Below, in pieces: positions 22,250 through 37,200 of a DNA stretch of 64,000 bases. Origin of the DNA: Callorhinchus milii (Eukaryota); assembly GCF_018977255.1 (NCBI RefSeq), contig NW_024704746.1:31062001-31126000 (forward strand), in the 5' to 3' direction. The position numbers and the translations under genes are program-made. The notes under the pieces were generated by a model. That model saw only the letters and a program-made list of their open reading frames with translations, was not told the origin of the DNA and ran no database searches. Position 1 is the first letter of the stretch, and every line of letters begins with the position of its first letter.

Positions 22250-25200
22250 CTGTAAAAAAAGGGGAGAAAAACATAAACTTGTAATTTACTACATAACCCA
22301 ATCAGATTAGCTGCAAATCCTTTTTCGCAAACCAAATCTGCACTTGACAAGTCACATTAATAACTATTTGAAGTCTTTCTGCACTTAGACCACTGAAATG
22401 AAATGGCTTACAAGATGGGCAATTGCAATGCCAAAATGACAAGTTCAGTGATGTAGTGTAGCACGTTAGCAGGTCCATCACCGGGAATATTCTAGCTGTC
22501 TCAGGAGGGGACAATAAGGTTAGCTTGTGGAAGAAGAATGCATGGCCAATGGGTCTGCATCAGTGTCAACAAATGCCAAGGAGCTGTGTCTGGCATAACA
22601 GAGGGCCAACAGAATGAGCAGTGAGCAGGGAGGAATTCCACAGTAATGCTGCTCTGAATTCTACGCCTGACAAATGTTATGGATTCCAAGAAAACCAGGA
22701 ACAAAAGAATTTAATTATTTGGTGTCCCGGAGTCTTGTACTGTTCGCAACTTCATCTCAACAGAGGGAAACTATCACTGTGAACTCAGTTGGCACTCAAT
22801 TGAAAATGTCTTGGCCATTCAGCTGTGTTCAGAATGTCATGCAGATATTTGCCAGCTCTGGAGAGAGGAGAGAATATATTCTTTGGCTCAGCTGGTTGCG
22901 TTTATACTGTGAAGTGCTTAAAGGAGTCATGTCTAGACATTCCCCTAAGACTGTATACTTGTTAATGTTTTGTCCCACAGAATACACAGTCACTACATTT
23001 TACAGTATATTCTGTGAAGCGCTTTGAGACGTCCCGAAGACATGATAAGGCGCTCTATCAAATGCAAGGATTATTATTATTATTACCATTCACGTTTAAC
23101 TAACACTACTGCCAAGACATTTAGTTTATTATAATTAAGTTCTTGTAAGCATGGGATCAGAATTTTCTTGTTCTCTTTACACATAATTCCTGACCTTGGT
23201 CATTAATGAATTGGATTACTGCAAACAATCACAATTGACTGAAAGAGCAGAACTGAAATGAATTGTAAGGCCTGCATTTCTAGAATGAGCTTGATCGTTA
23301 AAACAACGAATTACATTTGTATAGTGCCTTTCATATCAGGAGGACGTCCCGAAAAGCTTTTAGCAAATTTTAATGATTATCCAATAGCCAAAATAATATG
23401 TACATATGAATTGCTGCCCTGTACAATCTACTTTCATGTTCAACATTCAAATATATTTTTATGACTATTTATTCATTATCTGGGAAGCTGCAGACAGCAA
23501 AACAGTTAACTGAATATAGACAAATCCCTCAACTGCTTCTCAGACCTTGTGATTTCTAGACATTAAGTTGCTTGTTAGTCGATTGGCGGATCGCTTTCCG
23601 GGGGTAATAATCCCTTCCAAAAAAAAGGGGTCACTCAATCCATGACTGAATGTGGGATGTCACTGTGCGCAACTGGCTGCTGCATTTCGTGCACAAAATA
23701 CAGTCACTACACTTTACAGTGTACCCTGTGAAACCCTTTGACGTCTCAAAGACATGATAAGGCACTATATCAAATGCAAGATTTATTATTATTATTAAGT
23801 TCTTTGCAATTTTAGAAAATTCCATGGTTGCATTACATATTATGCATTTCATACTTACCAAGCATCTGGAAGGGTACATTAGTATAGGCTGTGTTGAAAT
23901 TATCATTCAATGCCCGCTTGATAATATTCAGTGTGATATAGGCGAGACTGGTGTAAACAAAACTGTTGATGGCTAAAATAACAGCGTAGGAGCCAACAAA
24001 TCCACAGGTTGTTATGTTCAGCTGATTCACAAAAAATAATAAGGCAAATGAAATTTACAGAGCAACTTAATGAAACTTAAGTCACCAAATTTGAGCATTT
24101 CATTTAAAGGCCTAAGGTCCTTTAATCTTTTCATTCAAACTGACTTGCTTACATCATCATCATCAATATAACAAGATACTTACTGCTCTTGGATATTTAA
24201 TGAAAGGCAGAGGTACAAGAAGAACCACACATAGGAATATCACCCAGAAGATAGAATCAACATGAAAAATCTTCAAATATCCTGGAACAGACAATTACTT
24301 AAGTTATTATACAAATACTGATTTCTATACCGGTTAAACCACAACAATGTGGATAGCATTTTATTGCTAATTCGCGAAGGAAGCAAAAGCTGCTTCTTTT
24401 CTTCCCAAGAAAGAAAGTTTGTGAAGAGTGAGCATATGCAGGAAACAAAAAAGGCCTATTGCATGCGTGCACAGTGACACAGCCCATATCACAACAGAGT
24501 TATAACCAAATTCACACCATAAAGAATTGCATCATAATCAGCTGAATTCTTGAGTGAGGGGGGAATGAAGCAACAGAGTGTTGGCAGTACAAAAAAACTG
24601 CCTACCTTTTGCCATCTTACAGAAATAACGAGCGGATCTATAAATAATCATATTTAGCATAAATAGTGACAACAGTGTATGTTAGACTTAAATATGGAAA
24701 ATTGGTTGCAGTTTGGGGTTCCCCCCCTCATTATATAGAAAGGTGAACATGGAGAGGGTCCAGTGGGATAATATCTGGGAAGAAAAGTTTGTTTTGAGAG
24801 AGAAAGAGAATTATGAACAGTTTGGGACTTTTTTTTAACTGGAGAGTAATACCAGGAAAGCATCTAAGCTTTTCAAAATTATGAATGAGGATAAAAATGG
24901 AAGAAAGGGTGATGGAGGAAGAGAATGAACATTTACTAGATAATAATTTGGGGAGGACAAGTTTGCAGGGCTGCGGAGAGAGAGCAGGGGAGTGGGATTG
25001 ATTTGGAAGCTCTGTTCAATGAGCCAGCACAGACACGATGGGCCAAATGGCCTCCTTCTGTGCTGTATAATTCTATGATAGTCAGTAACAAGAAAGTCTG
25101 AATATATATATATAATAAATAACTGTTAAAATAAATCTATAGTATTTAAGGAAATTGGAAATAAATACTTCAATAAAGGTGTGAAAAAATAGGAGAATGA

Positions 25201-28200
25201 AGTCGATCATTCCTTTGTAGACGACACAAGCACAGACATGATGAGATCAAAATGCTTTCTGTATTGCAAAAGATTCTATGATTCTTCATATAAAACTAGT
25301 CATAGGAAAAGGACATGGAAATTCCAAGAGAGACCGCGATGAGTCAAGCACACGTTTCCTTCAATACTCACCGAACGGTGTAAAGAAGAACAAAGATGAA
25401 CATAGAAATCCAAACACTAATCCCACCAGTGCCATACAGAAGACAACTGATCCAGATCTCCACCAACACGTCAGCAACAGGCTGCCACCAACAAACCCTA
25501 CAAGTGCTGCCAGGCCCAAACGGACTGAAACAGGAAGGACTTTGATGAGCAAGATTGCAATTTCAAAGACATCCACACGCAGACTTTAAAAAGTGCTTTG
25601 ACCAAGAAAACACACACACACACACACACACATCTGTGCCTCAAGTACACAGTACAGGAATTTGAGATTTCCAATGCCTAATGGATGAAGCATCAGACTT
25701 TAAATTACCATCCCCATGGAATCAGTGAGCCAAGACACTGCTCTTTCATACAATTAGATAGAATGTGCAGCACTGAAACAGACATCAAAACAGGCTATTT
25801 GGCCCAAATAGTCCATACCAGTGTTTATACTCCATGTGAACCTCCACCCATCCTAATCCCCTCTATTCCCTTCTCCTTGCATGCTTTCATTCAGAACGAG
25901 TGTTTATCCCCGGTTTAGCGCAATGACAAAAGCTTTCCTCTCTACACATTCTCTAGGTGTTCTTTATGGAATAGGTTGTTTATAGAGTGATATAGTGGGT
26001 ACAGAAGACCAGTATCTCAGACACCAAAGTTAGATGAAATGTGAAACAAAGTTATAAAACAAAAAATCCCGAGAGTGAAAGTAAGACATTGGAACAATGG
26101 TAACTAAAAAGTGCACACTGCAAATGTAAATGAAGCTATAGTCAAATCCTTTATGGGATTAAAGCTACATTACCTAACCCAATTAATAGTCCCATGCAGT
26201 GGCAAATAGCTGAATTGCAGTACTGAAGGCAGCATTATATAGTTCTATTCACACATTGTGTTTTGTATTTTGGTACACAAATAGTATAGTGATCAACTAA
26301 ACCCATTTTCTCCTACGTTTACCAATTAGTATCTCAGCCATTGTAAGTGCCTCTAATAAAAATGGGTTTATTAGATTTAAAGCCGTTCAAGATGGCTTGA
26401 AAGTCTTCAACTGGTTATGCACAAACTTCATATAATTTTAGATTTTAAATCTTAAATTTTAAACCTTAATTTGTACTTTGAACTGAATGAAAGACCATCA
26501 TTCCTCAACTCAATGCTAATGTCTTATTCATGAAAAAGTTCACTTACTATCATAATCCAAGGATGTTGTCCTTGTAATCAAAACAAAGAACAAAAAGCTT
26601 GACAAGATGAATCCAATGAAGAATAATTCTGAAAACAGACACATTTACTTAGCACTGAATAATACAAAAGCAAAAGATTATTCGTGTCTGTTATGCTCCA
26701 CAACTCGAAAGACATTTTAAACTTAATTTATACTTTAAATCTGCAATTCTGCACACCTTTTGCGATTTAAAAAAATGATTACAACTCACGTTTGCTTCGA
26801 TAGAAACCTCTATAGAGAGGAAATCTTTAGCTGGAATTGAGTAAACACAACTTTTATATAGAGAACCAAAAATGAGTGGCTGTATTAGATCTGTATAAGT
26901 TTTGGGTAAAAATATTAAAAAGTTATAAAACCATAAATGTTATAATTCACTGCACTGGAAAAAAAAGTGCATACTACTTTGACTACCAGAGTCTCAAATT
27001 CCACTAACATAAATATTGAATCCACGACTGTTTGTGGGACACTGCTGTGCGCAATTGGCTGCCGTATTTCGCCCACAAGATATACAGTCAATTCACTTTG
27101 CAGTAATATTCTGTGAAGCGCTTTGAGATGTCTCAAAGACATGATAAGCCGCTATATCAAATGCAAAGAATATTATTATAATATAAAAAGTCACTCCCCA
27201 GGTTGAAAAGTTGCAGCAATTTGTGAGAAAATGTGGAAAGGCATGGTATTACTGTATCAAAAGGACATGTAGAAAGAATAACCATAAGCAACAATCATGC
27301 AATATTTCTGCTGTGATACTCAATCACTGTTCTGTTCCTTCACAATTTTTGCTATTTGATGATTGATCATTGTAATAATGGGTTAAAACTGAGGTCTAGA
27401 AGTTTTATATCTGTAAAACAGTAGACTACAGACAAACACTCACCAACTTTCAGAAATCTATGCCCAAAGAAGCATATAAATAATCCAGCAAATCCAACAG
27501 ACACAAAAAGTATTCTTGTCGATATTCTTTCTGAAAATGGAAAAATAACTCAATTTTAAAGATACCCATGATTTATGATTAGTAACTTTGAAATTCAATT
27601 CTCGGAAGTGAGTAATTTAACCATTGCTGGCCTTAATACAAAATGCACCAGCTTTAACCACAGCATTTACATTTTAACTCCAAAGACTTAAGCAAGAACG
27701 CTATAAATTTTGTCTAGAGACGCTTGCAAAACCAATTCAGTTAACACCTAAAGGGCAACGTGTGGGCAGATGCAATCAAACTAGGCTTTGAAAAACAGTG
27801 AGATAAGAATTGTTAAATTCACACAAAAAATTGCTTTAAGAACAATTGCCAGTGCATATTATTAAACAACACAACTAAAGAGGACTATAAAGGATATCTA
27901 GCGAAAAGTCAACACAGTAAGTTAGTTGCATCACACTTCAATATAGAGGGAAAAATGCTCCTTACACACACAGTTTTTCTTTTTTTTCTTAATAATGTGA
28001 GTTCGCTTACAGCATAATTGAGGTGTGTACCTCGACATTCACTTACCAAAATAACTGAGCCAGCTTTCTGTATACATGCACAGAAAGTGCATTAGTACCA
28101 ATTAATGATTGCACAGCTATAATACTGGTTGGGATTTTATGGGATCTCTAACAAGTTATGATGAGGCTTTTTAGTACTACAGTAACAACACAACTGGTAT

Positions 28201-31200
28201 AATTGTTCAGTTAGCACTGTAGCCAATTTTGTGTTATGCCAAATTATCTGTAGATTATCCATAATTGCTCTTGTGGCTCTGTGGCCTTCCAGTAAACTTT
28301 TTTAGATTCAAACTATAATTCTATAAATTGTATAATGGCTTATGTTTGGTCATCCCATTATTGGGCCAAATGAGTGCATGAAGTCTGAGCATGATATTTT
28401 TATTTTGAAGAAAATGTTAGCTTTGCGGATGGGAATGAAGTGCAATGAAAAAGCTAGCGGATGCTTTTAAAGCCACAGGCAAATACAAAGAAAATACCAC
28501 AAATTTTATCATGATCATGTATCAATTTAACATTTAACATTTAACATGGTTAGACACACACATTCAAATATTAATTAAATTCCTAAGTCAATACTTACTT
28601 AGAGTATAGCAATTGTCCATTTTTGCTGTGAAGCTGCAGGCATACGTATGAACTGGTATATAAGGTGCAGATGTGTTTAGTATTAGATCCCTGACAATAA
28701 TGTTATAAATCACCCCTTGGCCTGGGATAGAAGATAAGGTCACACTCTTCTTATCTTGTGAACTCAAACTTAGCAACTAAAAACAGAAAAACAAACAGGA
28801 AAACATCAAAGTCATAATGGTTTCTTCTTCCTCAACCTCAGCTTGAAGTGCATCAACTATATGCCTAGAAGAAATAATTTGCCAAATTTTACCTTTATTT
28901 TAAAATAGGTCAAATAGATATTTAAATATTTAGCTCCAAGTATAAAAGAAAAAAATATGATTTTTTCCAAGTAAAGGGTAAATCATCACTGTACTTTATA
29001 TTGCCAGGAGCTCAATTTCTCAACACTATTAATGTTGAATTTCTTAAACCAACATAGCATCCCAGCTTTAGGTTACTTTTGTTACAATTACAACCATTTC
29101 CTCCCAGCCCTGTCTTATATTGTACATGCAAAGTCTATAGAACAGATATCACTTGAGATTACCCCACGCTTTGTTGAAGGCAGATAAAGACTTTTTGTTA
29201 AGAACATCTATGAGATTGCAAAAATATGAAGCCCAAAATGTAATTTGGTGTTTAGGCTATAATTCCATTTGCCTTAAAGATTGAGCAGAATTGTCAACAT
29301 TTCTTAATTAAAAAACAGTTTTTTTAAGAATTGAAGAAAACCTAGCTTCCAGAGCACAGTTGGATTTATGCATTAATTAAGTGGGTGGGGGAGGGAGAGG
29401 GAAATGAGAACAAATAGAGTGCAAGAGTAAGAAAGATTAAAGCTTTGCACCCTTTCTAATTAGCTGCATTTCCTGAGAACAGGACGTTGTGCTGAGTCTG
29501 ATTATGAGTGGTAAGTTTTCAGTTGTCCAATTTCACTTCCTTTCCCAAAAAATATTTACGGACGTACCCAAATGCCATCTTCTTCTATTTGCTGTACATG
29601 GGCCATCTTCGGAAGCAAGGTATAGATAACATCTTCACGAAGGTTATTCTCTGGCATGAAATACTGATAGATATCGTATCTTAGTCTGTAGTTTTGACCG
29701 GAATCAAAATCACAGGAGGGTGTAGATATTCCCCTGTAATACAGAAAACATTATAAATTACCTTTAAAATGTCTGGATAGAGACAACAATCAAATAGCCT
29801 CAACAACTTGTATTTATATAGTGCCCTTCACACAGGCCAAGGACTAAATGCTTCTATCCTCCTATAGATAAGATGATGAAGGACCTCCTGTCCTCATGTC
29901 ACATTAGAAGGACCAAAGGTCTGCAAAAAGCCAATATGCTGTTATTTTGAATTCTTCCAACACCTACACCAGATCCTTCAAAGGTGATTACGCCTCGTAT
30001 ATCCACGGTATCCACCTTGATGTGTCGGCAGAGGTAAGCGGATCCTGTTCAAGTTCCACACTACCAACTGGTAAAACCACCTCTCAATGGTTTGGGAAAT
30101 ACCTCCAAGTTGTGGGCAGGAGGATTCTCATGCAGTTCACTGTTCTCACGCATTTCAGACTTCCTCACACCTCGTTCCATTTCAAATCACTTCAAAAGCT
30201 TAAAACAATCACTTTTGATTTTACTGAAGCACCAAATGAAGAAGTGGCAGCAATTATAGGGGCTTTTTTTAAAAAAGTACGTTAAAACAAAAGCAAAACT
30301 GAATTTTTAGATTGTCACAAAAAAAAGGACTATTGTACCTGGGATAACCAAGATTAGCTGGTACAAACTTCAATATTGCTTCATATAGATTATATTGCAG
30401 ATACAGGTTTGGATCGTGAGTCAAGTCAAATCCCAGATTACATCCACCAGGTACCGGATCTGCCAAAGAAATGTTAACAACAAATGAATCCAACAGCAAA
30501 CCCTCAATTATAGATCAGTTACAGAAGTTGTGTTTCAAACAAAATTACATTTTATAATCCTTAAATCAAAACACCTCAAAGTACTTTACAGTAATTACTT
30601 TCAAGTGTAGGGACTGTTTACATGTATACACAGAAAGGTCCTACAGCTCTGTCTATACAGCATGTTCCATTATGTTGCTATTTTGGATAGTCTGCTCCCT
30701 TTGCTTATCTAGATGGAAGAAAAAGAGAGGCTTTGACTCAAAGCCTGGGATATGCCACTGACTTGAACTAAATTGAATTGTTTCAGTGTTGGGAGAATTG
30801 ATTATTTAAAAATCAAAAAAGTGAATTGCATCACAAGAGAGAACATTTTAGGGTTGAAGCATGGTTACGGAAAAGCTGGTTCCAATGTGCCACTGTAGAA
30901 TTAAATCACTGAACAACTGAATCTTAAAATGAACAACAACAACAACTTGCACTTATATACAGCCCTCCATACAGGGTAGCATCTCAGAGCGCTTGACACT
31001 ATCCTGCGTGGAAAAATCAAGTCATCCGTTGAACATTTAGGCTGATTTCTGGGAATCTGAATCACCACAGTCTTACCTATGTAGGCCAATAGCAGAGCTA
31101 AATGTTTTTTCCACAGATGGGTGGAGTGCTTAGAAAAAAATAACCACTTCCTGAAATATCTAAAGATTATTGCATTGAAAAATGAGGCGAGATCATACCT

Positions 31201-34200
31201 TTGTGGTGGCTGGTATTTATGAGAATTATGTTTTCTCAGATTAGCAACCTTTATATTATCAGTTTACAAAGTGCGATTCGCAGCGATGTTGCTAGCCACA
31301 AGAATTTGCACGTTTGAACAGTTGAACAAATATTAAGGCATTTTAAGTAGATATCTGTCAACTGTCAATTTTATATTGGATTTTGAGGTTTAAAATGGTC
31401 ACATTGCCTCTGCTATTTTGAACCCTTGCTACTCCATGGTTCTAATAGGATATTAATGCACCTAGTGATGGAATCTACAGTTTTTAAATCACCTCGGGAA
31501 CAAAACTCAGAAGACATTCTAAAAATCTGCTTCTATTTTACATACTCAAATTAAGTCCAAAGCAATAATTTTTAAAAAGAACACAATTCAACTATACTAC
31601 AGAGTGTCAAACTGTTATGAGATCACAAGCCTGGATTTCCAGTTGCACAAACCTGCAATTTGGCAATTATTTCTTAAGGTAAGTGAAAAGTTGCCAGGAT
31701 TCTTGGACTTCAATCAATGTAAATATATGAAGGGGCTCCAGCAGCTAAATCTAGTAACTAAGTTACATCTGGTTGGTACCACTTTTGCCTTTGGGTCAGA
31801 AAGTTGAACTTCACAGCCCTCGTCTTGAGTTCATAGGAAAGCTGGAAACAACACACATGGCAACCAAATGACCTTAAATCATCACAAAAGACATCTGGCA
31901 TATGTGAAAAGGAACTCAGGCTGTGCACAACATGTACAGGAAACGCGGTCTACACTGTAACTGTGTCATAATCAAATTCGCACCTTAAAGAAACAGGTTG
32001 CAATGGGGCAGCGTTCTATCAAGTGTCAACCACTCTTGCCTCAGAGATAAACAACAAGATTACATTTGTATAGCGCTTTTCACGTCGGGAGAATGTCCCA
32101 AGGCGCTGGACAGAGTACAGCATTTCTGACCCGAGCTGGGGGACGGGGGGGACGGGGGGGGACGGGGATAGCCGAAGGTATGGTCGAAGAGGAGGGTCTT
32201 GAGGCGGGACTTGAAGGAGGCTAAGGAGGGGGTGAGGCGGAGTGACTGGGGATGGAATTCCAGAGGTTGGGGGAGGAGGGGCTGAAGGCTCTCCCGCCAA
32301 TGGTGGGGCGGGTGGGTCGGGGGACGTGGAGCAGCCAGAGCCGGCTGAGTGGAGGGAATGGGCGGGTTGGTAGGCGGTTAGGAGGTTGCAGAGGTAGGGT
32401 GGGGCGAGGCCATGGAGGGCTTTGTATGTGAGGACCAGGATCTTGAACTGGATCCTCTGAAGGATAGGGAGCCAGTGGAGTTGGGCGAGAATGGGGAAGA
32501 TGGTGTCACGGAGTTTGGTGCGGGAGAGGACACGGGCTGCAGAGTTCTGGATTATCTGCCGCCTGTGGAGGGAGGAGTTGGGAAGGCTGACAAGCAGGGC
32601 GTTTGCATAGTCGAGCCTGGAAGTGATGAAGGCGTGAACAAGAGTTTCAGCGGCCTGAGGGGTGAGGTAATGGCGGAATCGGGCGATGTTACGCAGGTGA
32701 GGGAAGGCAGAGCCGGTCATGGCTTGAATGTGGGGGAGAAAAGACAGTTGAGGTTCCTGACTGGCGGTGAGTTGTAGTGTGCAACCATGGAGGTTGATGT
32801 TGCCAGAGCCTGAGGTGCAGAGGCGCTGGCGCGAGGCAATCAGGAGGGCCTCAGTCTTGTTCACATTCAACTGTAGGAAACTTGCCCTCATCCAGGACTT
32901 GATGTCCGACAGACAGTCTATCAGGACAGCAGTGGGCCTGGAGGTGAGAAAGTTGTGGATTGAAACCACAGATTGAGACTTTGAGTTTATAGTTTAGCTG
33001 ATACTCCAATGCAGTGCTGAGAAAGCATTGCATTCTCAAATGTGCTATTCTTAGATGTTAAACCAAGGGCCCATCTGCCTGCTCAGACAGGTATTAGATT
33101 CCATAGCACTCTTTGAAAAGAGAAGAGATTTTCTTCTTATGTCCTGGCCAATAAACCCCCACATAAAATATTGGTCATTTGTTTCCTGCCTCCACATGTC
33201 ACATTGCTTTATGCAGTGTTTGTTATAAATACACAGTCACCACACATTACAGAAAAAACTGAAATGCTTTAAGATGTTGTGATGTGATAAGACACTTATT
33301 ATCCATTACAGGGATTATTAATTCAACCCGTTCAAGCAACCACCTCCATTCAGTAACCACTCACTGTTAGCACCCAGCCTGGAACAGCCCAGACAGATTT
33401 GGAATAATAAACCACCTCTTTTCAGGAACCACCCATATAAAGCACAACAAGAGGCCGAACTTTGTTAGTCCTTTTACACCTTGTGCCTTTGTACCAACAC
33501 CCTTTTCTGAGGCGAAGCTTTCTGGGAAACAGTCAGAAAATAGCCAGCGACCACCAGAAGACCACGTGGACTTCTCCAGCAAACAACAACAAAATTGCAT
33601 TTGTATAGCGCCTTTCACGTCGGGAGGATGTCCCAAGGTGCTGGACAGTCAGTGTTTCGGACCCGACAACTTGTGATTGTAATTGAATGATCTGTAAATA
33701 TTTGTAATCTTTAATTTATACAAAATTAATTTCAATTCATGGGTCTAAAATACTGTACACTGTCCAGCGCCTTGGGATGTCCTCCTGACGTGAAAGGCGC
33801 TTATACAAATGTAATCTTGTTGTTGTACATGCACTATATTTTTCTGTACACTTAGAAATTCTACACACCACCAATGAACCCTTACTCAGATTACACCTTT
33901 ATATAAAGGCTACAATGGCCTTAATCCCCTGAGCAATTGTTGAAGACAGCTTTGACTGTAATATACACAGATAGAATTCTCACAAGTTGCACCACAATAT
34001 CACTGGAAAGTTGGCCGAAAGAAAAACAACCACGTTTATAAATGAGCTTTGCTAGGACTATGTGACAGTCAAGTCTAACCTTTCTCGTTATAAGGCAGAA
34101 TGGCAGCAGATGCAGAGACACTTTGATTGAATGAATCTACATACAACACTGATGTGCTTTGTTTAGGCTTCAACCTGAGGAGCAAGCCAGTGTCTTCACC

Positions 34201-37200
34201 AGTTTTTGACGTTTCTCTTGTAGAAATCTGAAAACATGAAACAAATCTTATTTTTTAAAAAAGTAAACATCAGGATTTAATTAGGATAACAAAGCAACTT
34301 TATAGTCAGACAGTTTAAGATTTAAGCCTGGGTTTTCAAGACACTAGGTTTTAAAAAAACATATTAAATAAATCTATTGATAATTCACATAGATCTGATT
34401 ATCGTTTTCTTCAATAAATACATTTATTGAATGCTCGTCTAGTGAACCAAATATTGGACATGTTTTTTCACCTAGTTCAGTCCAATTTATTTTCCAAATG
34501 CAGGATACATCAACTCAACACTAGAATCATTTTGTGAACAGAGATTTGCACTTTAATGTTGCCTGCAATTACTATCATTAGATCTTGACATAGATAGTAA
34601 TGTGACAGCCAGTAGCTGTTGTTGATCAGTAGACATAACAAGTGTAATGTTCAACTGTAACAAGTGGTAACATTTTAGAAAAATCCTGGATTATTACAAA
34701 ATATGACATACCTTATTAAAGGAAATAGTTGTATTGGTATGTTGTGTGTGCACTTGAAAGATGATGTACGTTACGTTTTCTGGAATATTCTGTAAAATGG
34801 CTTCAAAGGATACATTCTTGATTAAGTATATTTCTTGAAATTTTCCAAGCGAAAATTCAATTAGACCTGTGAAAGAGAATCACAGTAAATAGCTGCTGCA
34901 CATCTACATTTCACTGATGTACAACCACATGATAGTGAAGAGTTTCATTGAGCTGAGCACATATCATATACAGAAACAGGTAAAAACTAAATTTAAAAAA
35001 AGCAAAGACAACTGGAAAATACAGAAAACATGGATGGGCTTTCCGCAAATGTTTCAGAAAAAAATTCCCAGTGATTACTGAACCTTTTTCCAACCCAACA
35101 ATGTAACCACGAGTAAATGTCCCGTCAACCATATTGTGACGATACTGTGGGGAATGCATGAGCTATAACCCAGTATACTGTTAATAGACAGAGTGAGAAA
35201 CTTAAAGCACTGACTTTCTATTTTGAAGGAATTAATGAAACAGGTGAAGTTTCGACAGCCAAAAGGGTTTATTAGCCTGACCTGAATACCCGGGCCTGCT
35301 ATTAACTAGCCCTAAAAAACTGGAACACTGAAGAAACCAAAAATCAATACAAATTGAAGAGCATCTGAATAAAAATAACCAACATGACTTCAGAAGGACA
35401 GACCCTGCCTGATCAACCCACACACTTTCTAAAAGGAAATCACATTCTCAATTGACAGTAGGTTTGATCAGACAGACAACTGACACACAGAAATCAATCA
35501 CTAATTTGCACAGAAGTCTCCAAATCAAACAATAATAATAAAATAATCCATGCATTTTGATATAAAACTCTGCACGTCTTCTAGACGTCTTAAAGTGCTT
35601 CACAGAACATACTGTAAAGTGAATTAACTGTATATTTGTGAGCGAAACAGAGCAGGCAATTGCGCACAGCAGTGTCCCACAAACAGTTGTGGATTGAAGT
35701 GACCAATTTATTATTGTTTTTTTCTTGAGGGATTATTATCAGGCGTGTGGAGTAAGGAAACTTGCCCAAGGTTTCACCCTCCCGGGAATCAAACCCAGGT
35801 CTCTCGCTTGCGAGGCGAGTGCTCTAACCACTGAGCTACAGGACTCCACTTCTGAGAACTACTGGGAATTCCACATATAGATTGCTTTGTATGGAGTACA
35901 CACTCTCTCCCCACCATCAACTTACCCTGATCCTCGTGTGATGGGAATATAAAATTCTCATCCAGCTCCTGTTCAAGCGGGCAAGCATCAGGAATCCTGC
36001 CAAATAGTGCTCTCATTGGTAAACTATGCGCTTTAGCAGATTAAGGAATAGGTTTGCAAGAGACAAGCCCTTTGTGGTACTGTTGGAGGTTAACCAGCTA
36101 AAACCTTTTACCTTGTCAAGGTGGGTGGGTGTGGCGGCGGCGGAGTGGGGGGGGGGGGAGAGATAATGCAGGCACATTTGCAGAACAAAATCTATGTTTG
36201 AAGTCTAAAGATTGATTTTAAAGTCAAAGAAACCTTGTGATTACATTTATAGCTCAACATTGCCAGGGGCAAAACAGCTCATTACAAATTCACACATGAT
36301 CAGATTTTACAGCATCTTCAATACTCTGTCCCAAAGTCTGCACTCTTAACAGAGGCTTCCTTATTTGAAAACTAATTTTGTCTCATGATCGTATGAAGCA
36401 GCTGATTACATTCCATGATTATAGCCAAAAAATGTCACATGATATAACAAGACAGACAAAAGCGTACTTTTCAATTCTCTCTGATACATGCTTAGAATTC
36501 TTCAAAACCAGTAATAGAAATCCCTAACTATTATAGATTTATAGATCAGTATAGACAACCATATTGCACTTAAAATTCCTTTAAAGAAGTTAATTCTAAT
36601 TCAATATTTCTGATGGTCTAAACAGGTTTAAAGATATTTTGTATAATACAGCATGATAATATGACCATATTAAAACCCAATTCATATACAGTATACATGA
36701 GCCTGAATCTGCCCAATACTGCTTCTTACATTAAATTGAGACTTATCAAAACCAACCCAGAGCTAATCAGTTTATTTCCATATGTTAATGCTAGTGAACA
36801 CAGTAATTGGATGACACCTATAACTGAAATGGAGAAAGCAGCATTTCTTTTTTAAAAAATACAGGATACAATAAGTGTCAGATACAGAAAATAAAATAGT
36901 CTGAGTTGATTAGATTTTTGATAATGGTTTACTTCCCCAAGTGAGTTTCTTGACATCCACAGATTCTCTAATATTAAGAATGAAAAGTTTTTAAAAATTA
37001 TACACAAGGATGGATTAAGTCAAGCATTAGTAACAGTTAGCATAAAACACATTAGCATTTTACACTACCACTACACAATGTTTGATGATCGTAGCAATGA
37101 TAGAAGGACTGCAGCTCTACCTTATATTATCTCTAATCTTACCAAGATGTAAAACAGTCTCACGAACAATTTAGGTATATAGTATCATAACCTTACGCAT

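Noticed and set aside
29947-30285. 112-aa ORF antisense within TM7SF3 intron 4
   Set aside because: Non-ATG start, no splice or homology support
32019-32969. 316-aa ORF as a host gene or domesticated RT
   Set aside because: 5'-truncated, frameshifted L2 fragment lacking the catalytic core; its apparent start derives from the flanking SINE
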